Positions 35,630 through 47,300 of a stretch of DNA of 64,000 bases are shown here, piece after piece. The translations under genes and the position numbers were made by a program. The number at the start of each line of letters is the position of its first letter. Positions within the stretch are counted from its first letter, which is position 1. The stretch lies in NCBI GenBank assembly GCA_965113315.1, contig OZ220368.1; one strand, given 5' to 3'. The stretch comes from Podarcis vaucheri (lineage: Eukaryota). Under the pieces are notes generated by a model. It saw nothing but the letters and a program-made list of their open reading frames with translations, had not been told where the DNA came from and did no database searches.

Positions 35630-36097
35630 TCATTCTCCCACAGAGATACTCTGAAAAGTTTTTATTAGGTTTTCTAGACCAAAAATGTAGCCATGATCTG
35701 GTCCCTCATAGACGGTGTGATTAAACCTAGAGCCTTTGTTGGTTGTATGAGCAAAGTCAATCATACGGACATCCACTTTGGGGTGGCTGTTTCCATGTGG
35801 AAGAGAGCAGCTGCTATGCTGACAGTGTCCCTGAGGGTGATTGTCTGAAGGCGTTGCTTTCTCCAGTCCCTCATAGTTTATGAGAAGCGAGCTGGAGTAG
35901 AACCGGTAAGAGTTCTGCTTTTTGATGATCGACAGCAGAGCCTTCAACTGAGACACAATGGGTTCCACAAGATCCGTTCGGAGGCGATTCCCATTGTGAA
36001 GGAACTGCAAGAGGGCTTGCCTGAAGCCGTCTGTTGAGAGTTTCCGACCATAGTACTTATCTTTGCAGAGATATTGAACAGTGTCTGCCTGGTAGAC
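35630..36097 (-). CDS. IP6K3: IP6K3 terminal coding exon
   Basis: ccaag|GTC TAC ... TGA; [29 protein letters not shown]. Confidence 0.96.
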   Translation of the reverse strand, partial: VYQADTVQYLCKDKYYGRKLSTDGFRQALLQFLHNGNRLRTDLVEPIVSQLKALLSIIKKQNSYRFYSSSLLINYEGLEKATPSDNHPQGHCQHSSCSLPHGNSHPKVDVRMIDFAHTTNKGSRFNHTVYEGPDHGYIFGLENLIKTFQSISVGE

Positions 36098-39000
36098 CTT
36101 GGGAAAAAGGAACAAAGGACAACACATTAGCTGTTTGAGAAGTTATTTTCAATAGGTTGTTCTTATTTTTAGGGTGTTACAGGAATCTTAATTGTTTTAG
36201 CAACAACAGCTACTCTGAGGGGATATTGTTACTGATTTTCAACAACATGAGGACTGTACTCTGTTTTTGCATAAAAAAGTAGGAAGTGGTTTTTTTAAAA
36301 AGCTATAATATTTAAGAGGTATCTTTCACCTTTCTATGCTAGACAACCTTCACAAATCAACAAATATTTCAGGTTTATTATCTCAATTTTTTTTTTACAA
36401 AGGAAATAGTCAGGCTAAAGCTGAGCTGTAAAATCAATAATGTTATTTTTCCTAACGCTACATTCTCAGTTGGTATATATTATAGTTTCATTCCAAGCCC
36501 TATTTCTTTGTTGAAGAATGTACTCTCTGATGACACACCTGTGTGCTTCTTTTCTTATTCTGAAACACTAGAATGAGCTGTTCTTACCTGCATCCCACAA
36601 ATACGGGCTCCAAGGGATGCTGATGTGCTCTGTTCACACTTCTTTATTTGGCGTGCTTTCTTCTCCTCTGATGCATCATCACCATGCTGTCTGGTTCCCA
36701 TCTTTAAGTCCAGAATGCAAGGGCATTTATATTTGGATACCACATTTTCAAGCAACAAAAATTCTGGACACATGAGTTAAGGAAATCAATTTTTTTTTAC
36801 TTAGGTTTACAACTGTAGCAAAACTTTGCAGTCCACCTGCGCTAGCTCCCCTGACCAGCTTTTTGTTTCCATCTCAACTGATTTATCCTGGGGGTGTTCT
36901 ACTGCCTCTGAGCTGTCCATCATTTTCAGTCACTGCTAAAGGCTGGTGGAGGCTTTCCAGGTATAAAGGACACCAACCAATGCATAAAGGTTGCTAGGAA
37001 GTTCTTATTACATGATTGGGCTTTGAGATGTGTATCAGGAGCTGGGTCTTACATGACTTCACACAGATTTTTGTGCATGTAGACTCCCCCCCTTTTTTTC
37101 ACTGAGTGACATAAAGTAGAGCTGAAAGGAAAATCAGAGCAAATCCAGACTGCTTAAAACTTCCCTTTGAAACTTTTACATTTGAATGCATAGCTTTTAA
37201 AAATTGTCAAAGTGATATTAGAGGAGTGCAAAACTCAGCTTTTCATATTTTGAAACTCAGCTTCCTATACACGAAATAAAACAGTGAAGCTAAAAATCTA
37301 TGAGATGCAATTCTCCTCCCTCCGATATTGTGAACATGGCACATTGTGACAGAGAACTTCTGTTATAAGGTGGACTAGAAATAATATAAATAAACATTTA
37401 TTTGCATTTTTTCGTTTATTGTTTCAGTATTTTTGAGACAAGGTTCATACAGTGCTTGGGAATGTGGGCAAAATCCAGCATATATTAGTTGTGACTAACA
37501 CTGTGATACTTGCCTGCTTGTAAGTATGTCTCATTGAGTTCCATGCACTTACTCCCAAGTAAGTGTTCCAGTCCCACTGAAACAAATACCATTACTTATT
37601 ATGACTAAACTGTACGGGATTGTTCCTTATGTATTTCTTTTTTATCCAGTACTGCTAGAGCCTAAAATTAGAACAAGTTATCCACAATATATATATGTAT
37701 GTTGAAATGCTCATCTATTATTAAAAGTGAAAGGGATACTGGGAGTTCTGCATTGCAACCTTGGGATTATAAAAATAAAATAAAATGTAGAAAAACAGCT
37801 AGGAAAAAGATACGATGAAGTTTGTTCTCATTATACTTCGAAGACATGCGGTTTAGATGCTGTTTATGGCAGTACAGTCCCCAGGGATTATAGCTGTTCT
37901 TTTCTGGCTGGTTCCCATTGGCATCCTCCATAATGGAAGACACGTCTCTGTGGTACTGAAGGTCTGTCTGTAATACCGCTTTCCCCTGGCAGCTATGCAC
38001 AATGCAAAAGAAAAAGAAAAAGGAGGGGGGATATGATTAGCCTACTATCTAGAAGTAATAGCCTATCATCTGACCCTAAACATGTTTGCAGGTAACTCAC
38101 AGGGGTTACGTTCTGGAGATGGCATGTATATACAAAAACATGTATAGTCCAAGCAACCCTTTGGAACTGCCACATGGGCAATCTTACCTTATGGAGATGG
38201 CATGCTGGTCTTACCTCCCACCCTCCCAGCAAGGCTTTTAAGCTCTCCACCTTGCCCCAGAGGCTCTCAAGTGGATTTTTATACGCACTGGGAAAACCCT
38301 GCACAGAAAGAGCTCTGAAGCTCTCTGTGTTCCATGCATTTGATTTGTGTGATTTCGACCAGTTTGTTTGCAATCATGCAAAGTTGACACCAGTAAAACT
38401 TAGTGCATAGTTCTAAGCCTGGCTGGGATGTGTCATTGAACTCTGATGGTGCCTCTCGCATGTCTGCATAGAGAATAGAAAGGTGTGTGCAGAAACTACC
38501 CAACAAAGGTAACATTTACATTCATTGCCGTGTCCAATTTCCCCTCTGGCCCCAACCACTACTGCCATGTGGCCCTTTGGAAGGTTGCCCAGACAGGAAT
38601 GCAGCCCTCAGACAACATGGTTCTTCATTCCTGGTTTAGTTTATGATGGAAGGAGATATGGCCCCTTACTGAAGCCAAGTGCACTAACTTCTGTTCAACA
38701 TGTGATGCTTTAAGCAAGGACTTTGCCACTGAAAAGAGTTACGTCCCTTGGTATGAAAGCTGAATGCATTTCCAATTGCTCTCAGTGCTTTTGCATTCCT
38801 TGGGATAGAATAATGTTATGTGCGGTTCCTATTTCCATGTGGAATTCCCATTTCTTGAGCTACCCTCAAGGATGAGGACAACCTGAGTTCAACCCAGTTG
38901 TGTTCACTGCTGCTTTGTGAAGCAGGGGCATTGCACAGGTGCATGTTTTGCTGGAGGTGGGCTCCTTACCTGTCTTTGGCGGTGTTTGTGAGTGGGCCAT

Positions 39001-42000
39001 GATTCCATTTGACAAACGTGTGGTCACCACTGCTGGTGTTTGCCTGGTTGAGCTTCTGCCAAATTGTCATTGAAGACTCCTTGGAGGCATTGTCCAGGGA
39101 ACTGCGGTTATCCGTTTGCGGGCAGGCTATGAGGCTCAAATTGCCCATGCTGTCCTTCTTGAGGTGTACAGAAACAATACCTTTAAAGGAAAGACAAAAA
39201 TGACAATGTGAGAGATGTAAGTTCTCCTCCAGTACAGTATATTGGTGCTTGGAGGAGCAAAAAGGTTCACAAGTACTTTTAACGAGACAGTCAGTTACCC
39301 TTGCAATTTACGTCCACTGAGAACCTCTGCAAATATTGGTTTCCTCCAAATTACTTAGGGTGGAATTCACCTAATAAACCCCATTTGCACAAGAGGTATT
39401 CCCCTCCCCCAATGGACCCCCCAATTAGCTCTGGGGAAGTCAGGGGAACCCCTAAGAATAGCACTTGAGGTGGGGGGAGGGGGGTTTGTTCCACCTGGCA
39501 AGCTGAAATGCTTGTGCAGATGGAGCATTCATCACAATGCAATGTTGGATCCCACCCTTTGTTTGTGAATTTGGTTAGTATGCCATAGAAGCCATTACCT
39601 ACGTTTGATTAGGGCAAAAATGAAATGACTGTGGCTTCTTGGGATGCTATCATACAATCACAGAATTGTAGAGTTGGAAGGGACCACAAGGGTCGAAAAA
39701 TGCAGGAATCTTTTGCCCAATGTGGGACTCAAACTCAGGACACGGAGATTAAGAATCTCATGCTCTACCAGCTGAGCTGTCCCAGCAGTATTGCGTGAAG
39801 CACACTTAGCTTTGGAGGTCACCTGGGCCTCTAGCAACAAAGATGGACCCAGAAGCACCCTCAGACTATGAACCTGCTCTTTGTGGGGAGTGTGGCTATA
39901 CTGTGTGAAGAGAGCTTACGAAAGCATTTGTAGTTGCATAGGAAGCTACAGACAGCTCTAAGCTAGTTCTATTTAGATCTTTGACTTTCAGGAGTCAAGC
40001 ATGTTCCCTGGCATGCGTCAGAAAACAGTACTTGACCTCTCTGAAATGCCTTTTCCTTTCATCTCCATTCCAACACTGTACTTCATATGAAATCTATCCT
40101 ATAAACGAGCGTGGGGCAAATGACCTAAAGTGCAGCATGGGGGTGTGTGAGAGAGAAGTGGGTGCTGAACCCTCCCTTAACCTGAAGCTGCTTTTCTTAT
40201 CTCTGCGTCTCTCAGTGGAAGATACATCCAGTATTTCCACTGGGGGAAATGGCTAGGGAAGTGTTTTAAGAGAATAAAGTATGAGTTCAGTGTTCTCTTC
40301 CTGCATTTCAAATTGATCCCAACTCCCGCTTTACAGGAATTCAGCAACAGTTTGATTTTAAGGCATGGCTCTCCTGCCATACACAACTTTACTTCACTGT
40401 TAGTAACTGTTCCTGTGCAGAACCCGAACCTTCAAATAAGGCAATCAGATAAAAAACGAGTTCCTGAAATCTTACAAGCGTTCTTAAAGCTTGATTGTGT
40501 TGTCCTGTCCCCCCCCCCCAACCTCGGCTGCCCTCTCATCTGTAACTGGGACGAAAGCAGTGGTAAGTGGTCTTATTATCTACCCTTTAGCCTTTCCTTT
40601 ATATATGAGATCTGCTGCTTTGCATGTTCTAGAATAGCACAGGCCCTACCCACATTGCTCAGATTTCACATGTGTGGCAATAGGTATTGCCCTAAAATAA
40701 AACACCATGGAAAACGAAAGCAAGGTCTGGCATACTTAAGACAGCAGATCTTGTTGTTGGAATATTTTAGAGCAGGATATTCCAAGCAGGAACAAGTGTG
40801 ACGGTATCGTACCAAAATAGCCCTCATTATTTTTCATTTGTTTATTTGGGTTTAAACTTGCCATGTCCCAAAGGCTAAAAGCTCAGAATAGTCCATGGGC
40901 AGAAAGCCTGTTCTTATCCCTGATCCTTAAACCCATGAGACCCATTGTGGTGCAGTGGTTAGAGTGCTGGAGACCAGAGTTCAATTCCTCACTTGGCCAT
41001 GAAGTTCCCTGGCCAGTTGCTGCCTTTAAATCTAGGCTTCCTCACAGGGTTGTTGCAAGGATTAAATGAGGATGGGGTAGAACCATGTATGCCACCTGGA
41101 GCTCCTTGGATAAAAGATGGCATATAAATGCAATAATAATAATTAACAACAGTAATAATAGTTTGGGAGGGCAGTAGTTCCAAATTAGGTGTCTGTTGCA
41201 TCTGTGATGCTTCAGCTGAGGTTTTTGTTGTTGTAAAAAGAAACAAACAGATGCTGTATCAAAGTGGTTTTTGAAACGCATGCTTGCACAATTAAAAAGC
41301 TGCCTTGCACTAACTGCAGAGTGGCAGAGTACTTTGCGGTCGTCGTCCCCCAAAAAACCCCCTACATCCACATTTTCTTTTTGTTTTATATAGGCCATTG
41401 AGAAACAACATAAGCCAAAATGGCATGCCCTTTCCTCAAGGAAAAACAAAGGTGATAAAGCCAGAGAAAGAGGGAAGAAAGAGAAGAGGCATATCTAAGA
41501 AGGGCTGGTTGTAGAGATCAGATAAATTCTAGCCCAAATGCCTTTTCTCCCCCTCTCCCCCCTGGAGGACAGAACCTCAGGTTTGCAAGTGGTGCTATAC
41601 CAGAAGAATTGTGGCCTGTATGACTGGATAAACCTTCAATATCCTACATCCAAATTGGGGCTGCTAGGCAACCACCTGAAGAGCCATCCCATACTGTGAA
41701 AATCAGGACTAAGGTATAGGATTAAGCCATGGGTTGTGACAAGGCAGCCCCAAAGAGAGAGCCCCTAATCTACTGCGCCAAACTTGCACCCTGTATTTCA
41801 GTGAAGTTCCTTCCTGCTGACTTTAATGGGACTCACATGGCTGAAGTGCCAGATGGGTAACCTTTTACATATTTACTCCACTCCCAATAAAGCCTGAGTG
41901 ATCACACTTGCAGCCCAGAACATCTCAAATGACAGATTGCTTTCGGGCATGGCTTGCAGAGGAGGCAGCTTTGACCTTTGGAAGAAAGGCCAGTGGCAGT

Positions 42001-44330
42001 TGTCCCTCTTCCTTCAGGCACAGCCACACTGCGCTTTTCATCCCCAGCTCTGACTTCCGCACTGCGGGGCCAGCTGAAGAGTCTTTTGCATTGCGACTGC
42101 CCTTTGAGGATTAGTCAGGACTCCTCTGGGCCATGTGAGCTGCTCACAGCAGTGCCCAGAGGCTTCCAAATCTTCTGGTGGGAACTCGGGACAGAGCAGG
42201 GTTGCCAACTGACGCCCTTCTGCCCTGAGGCTGTGTGCTGGCAGGCATTTTACAGATGTTGCTCCACATATTAGCCCCTTCCACAGATACCGAGTGCGGG
42301 AGATTTGATGAAGCATGAGCACCTGGTTTTCTTCTCTATTCTAAAACCTGGAGATAGCCAACATCCCCAATTTTGTCAATATTTGATGAGTGGCAGAGGA
42401 ATCCAAACCACGGCCAAGCAGTTGTGAGATGGAGGAACATAGCCTGGGTGGTGCCTGACGCCATCAAATGGCAACAGTGAGTCTGGCTAAGGATGCAGCA
42501 GATCCTGAGCCTGCTCAGTAGCTCACCTGCCCCTCAATGCCCCATTTTGGGGCTTTCCCTAAGCTGTCAGAAGCTGGAAGCCCACCGGCAGACCTTCCAC
42601 CTTGCACATGCTGGCAGAGCTATTGTGGGCTGAGTGGATGGAGACCTCTGCCCCATCCAATACCCCCCTCCAGCAGTGCAGACTGAGGGTTTGGATTGCA
42701 CCCTAAATGTATTTTTTTAGGTAATCTCCTGCACCATTAACTACAGGAGCTGTTATCTGTCCACTGTCTTACAGGGGGGGAAATGCTCATAAAGCACAGC
42801 ATCTTCTTACTCTACTAACCTAGTTCTGCATGTATTTCACATTCAAGATGCTTCCCTAGCCTGACTCAGATATCCTAAGCAGGTGTTGTCTCTTGGTGAT
42901 CAGCATTAAGACTCTTGGAGCCCTCCTCTTTTTCACAGCTGCTCAAAATGTAAGACCAGCACAGATATATGGCTGTGCTTGAGTGGCTGCTCCCACAGCA
43001 GATAGCTTCTGTGCTGCAGAGTTAAACCAAAAGCAGAGACAGAAGTACTGAAAGGTCTCTTATTTTCAGCAGAATTGGCCAGTGTTGGGCAATCTGAGAT
43101 CAGTTTGATTTCCACCTCTTGATTATGGGGTGTTGGGAATGCTGAACTAACATGCTCTCAACATGCAGAAATTCTTGGTCCTGACTCTGGCTGTATACCC
43201 TAAGAGGTGGGGGGAAACACCAGATCTATTTTTGTTCATGAATCGATTAGTGTTGTGTGTGTCTGCCAAACAAGGAGGAGGGAATAGACAATGAATGGCT
43301 GCATAACATAACATTTTGTCCAAGACCAAGAAGTCTTAAACATAGCCTAGTATTCATGCACTGGAACAGAATCAGAAATTTTGGAAGGGATCTGAAGGAC
43401 CATGCAGTCTAATATGAGGCAAAGCATCCTATTCTGTAGGCATCTGTAATGAATGCCAGCTCAATTCTTCTTGAAAATCTCTGAGGTTCTGTACCCTACC
43501 TATGCTTGTTAAACTTTGTTCCCAATGATCAATAAGCTAGTGGCAAAACCCTGACATACCCAAAGTGAGTTGACCTTTCATAGGTTAAAGCAGCAATGAG
43601 GGAGCCACTTCCCTATATTTTATTTCCATGTCTCAACAGTTACATTTGGGAGGTTTGGGACCAATTGGTTGGGACCCACACTTTTTGCAAACACAACCTA
43701 TTCCTCTTGACCTGATGCAATTGGTATATATATACTAATTGGAATGGTCAACCAGTATTTTTATGGCGAAGCTCAGTGGAAGAATGGGCTAGAGAATTAA
43801 TTGTCACATATTTCAGAGAAGGGGGGCACGTGCATGTTAATCTGTTGCAACAAAACTAGCCAAGAGTTTCATGGCACCTCATTTCACTGGTATGTGCAAC
43901 ATATGATAAAAAAAACCACCAGCACATGTAACTTTGTTTCAGTGCATGAGCTTCTGCAATGGGCTTTGCTACAGTTTAGAATATATCACCGAAGGGGCAA
44001 AAGCTGTTACCAGATTTCTACATCCTGAAGGCTTGGTTTAGCCTTCATTTTGGTACCCCTGGTGATTCAGTTGGGGTATGTGTATAGCAAATTAGTCAGG
44101 CAGAGAGTATTTATAGATGGTATCAGCATGCTAGAAGCATCTCAGCAATTCTCAGAAGCTGTTTTGCTATGTAGCTCCCTAGCTCCATTCTTGTGTGTAT
44201 ATTTTTAAATTAATAGGCACATTTATTTACTGCCATGTGCAATATGAATCTGGGCAGAACCTGGCCTGAAAAACAAATCTGTAATTTCACAGTAGTTCTC
44301 AGCAGGCAGCTTTTTTTTTTTGGGGGGGGG

Positions 44331-44384
<54 letters not shown>

Positions 44385-47300
44385 AACTTGTCTCAAGGTC
44401 ATTTTTTCCTCTTGGAAATGCATAAAAGGAGCTGTCGTCTCTGTAAACAGGCACTGCAATTCTATGCATGTTTACTCTGAAGTAAGTCCCACTGAACTTC
44501 TAAGCACATATGGTTGCAGCCTAGATTGTAGCAATAGTCAAGCAAAGTTTTGCAAAATGGCATTCTTACGCAATGGTCCCTAGGCCCCTGTGAAGCCTTC
44601 AGGGTGTATAAAAATAGAAACAAGGTCCAGCCACACTGGTGAATCCAAGCCAGAGAGCGCACAGGTATTCCTTTTGACATTTAGGCTACCATTTTGCCTA
44701 ATGGAAAAGAGCAGAGCCAAGATATTTCGCTGTCTGAGGCTGAACTGCTAATGGCACCCCCTCCCTCCACATTAAGGTAAATAATAATGAAGGCTGGCCA
44801 AGTGTTTTTGGCAGCTGAGGTAGGAAATCCCAAAAGTGCCTCTCCCTGGGAGTAAAATAACTTTAAAAATTTGCTGCACAGTATCTTGTATTAATTTTAG
44901 AATTATTAGTACCTTACCCTTTTTATACCATTTAAAAATAATTATTGTATATATCTCATTTTTTTTTTAATAAATATCAACATTGTTTTAAACTACACAT
45001 TTAATATTATACTTATCAAATTTTATTGTGTTTTATGTGCTTTGTTTCCTTTTTATCTTCTCTACTGGGCATTGACCAAAATATTTATATCTGAAGCATC
45101 TAACTGATGGCAGACCTACTCATGAGTAAACAATCCTGTGGCCATTTGAAGCAGCAGACAGGGTGCAACCCATCCTGGGAGCAGACTTGCACCATGAAAA
45201 TTCCTCTACCTTCCTTGCCTCCCCCAACTCTAGAGATGGGGAATGTCAGCATGCAGACAGCAGTACAAGAATACCCTGGCTAAGGTAAGGTACAAACTAA
45301 AGAAAGAGACTGATACAAGAAAAAAATCTGCAGAGGGGTCTTGATCCTCAGACAAGGTTCATGGCTTCGTCACTGGAATTGTGGAGATGTAAAATTGTTT
45401 TTAAAGTAAAGAGATACATCCCAAGGCTCTTTCTCAAATGGCCATTGAGGGAGCATTAGTTGCCTTTACTGGGTCATGAATAGGGAACACCTCGCATATC
45501 CAAGACAAAATATTGGCAAGAGGCTGAGCTAAAAGAGAAGCCTTAAAATGCAGGTGCTCTCTCTAAAACCTCTATATGTTATGCTGCTATGGAAATCTGC
45601 CAGCCCAGGGCATGAGGGAAATGCTTTTTATCTTGCCTCAGAGAGAGAGGTGGAGGCATAAGGAGTTTGGGCTGGGGCAGCGTTGTCTTCTGTTGCTTTA
45701 CTTACGGTCACTAGGGGGAAGTTAATTAACAACAGTGGAGGAAGTGTGTGAGCTGAACTGCTTTTAACGTGCTTTAGAAAAAATAATGGGAGTGAGCGAA
45801 ATATTAACTTTTGGGTTAAGGCAGGCAGCAAAGCGTTTGATAGAAGAATATCAGTTTAAGAGCCTCTTATCCCATAATACATATTGATAGTTCACTTCCC
45901 TGATCCTATTTTGAAAATGTATTGATTACAAGCTCTTTTAGATCTTTAAGGCTCTCTCTTCTTTCACAGATGTTTCATTTGAAACACATTTTATTGTGGG
46001 TCTGTGTAGATTAGAGTAACAAAATTTTGTTTTTAGATTTTAAGAAGCATGCTTCTAGATTCCTAATTTGTTCCTTTTTAATCTCTTAACTATGTATAAG
46101 CGTCTCTATGCTTTCCTAAGTACTTATAGGCCTCCCAATAGCCTGGTTCTTCGGGCAGCTTGTAATAGAATTAAAAACAAGCTAAAATTTCATACATTTG
46201 AATAAAACATGTGGGACCGGTAATAGGGACTCAGAAACTAGCTGATTAAAAATCTCAGGAAAAGGTCTTTGCTTGGCACCAAAAATTCAGTGCGGTTCAA
46301 CTCATCCAGTTTATGAATTGCTTCACACAGGAAAAGTCCCAAAGCAATTTACAACAACAACCCAATAAAATCCTTTAAAGCAAAACAAACACACTAAACA
46401 TGTTCATCCACAGAAAACAAAGAATATAAAATCAGCCATGAAGCCCATGTAAGGATGAACACCGAAAACCAGGTCAGAGCTAAAAATCAGAAAAGATACC
46501 AAGACTGGCATTTCACACCATTGAAAAAGCACTTTCCCCAGTAGAAACCCACTGTACCTCACTCAGCAGGGGCATCTGGAGAAGACCCTTCAAAGAGAAT
46601 TTTAAGGTTTGGGTAGCTTCAAGTGGTGATGGAGAATTCTTCAGGTACCCTGGTCCCAAACTGTGTAATACTTTCAAAGGTCAACACTGCCATTTTTAAT
46701 TGGTCTCAGAAACAGTTTGGGAGCCAGTGAGGACAGGGAAGCACAGGTGTGATATGATCATATACACTTTTTCCTGTATGGGCGTAGCCAGGATTTATGT
46801 TGGGAGGGGGCAGGCTTCATCTTAGAGAACCTCAGTTAAGTATTGGCTATGCCCATGCGTGTATATATTTGAGGTCCTCTTCAGAGGCCCAGTTCTGAGC
46901 ACCCCCAGCCAGTGAAGTGAGGGAGAGGGTCTTTTCAGGCACAAACCCCTAGCTATGGAATCGACTCCCCTGAGAGGTTTGCCTGGTGCCTTTTTAATAG
47001 TATTTTCAGCATCAGATGAAGAACTTTTCCTTCTCCCGGGCTTAAAAAAGAAGTCAGAACTTCCCCCACCTGGCACTTTAGAGCAAGCATTGCTGTTCGG
47101 TGAGCTGAGAGATAGTGGAATTTGCCTTCTGGAGCATGCGCTGCCTCTCTGGGAGAGAGGAGATGACGTCAGCTCTAGACACATGATCCCCAGTGCCAGT
47201 TAGATTCAGACAAGATGCCTGGTGTCCTGTATCTTGGCTCACCTTACAATGTGACTTAGGAGAGCAGGAAATGGGCAAAGATCAATGCTGAGTGTTAATG

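Noticed and set aside
40313-40801. 162-aa ORF antisense in an IP6K3 intron
   Set aside because: Non-ATG start, no homology and no supporting exon structure.
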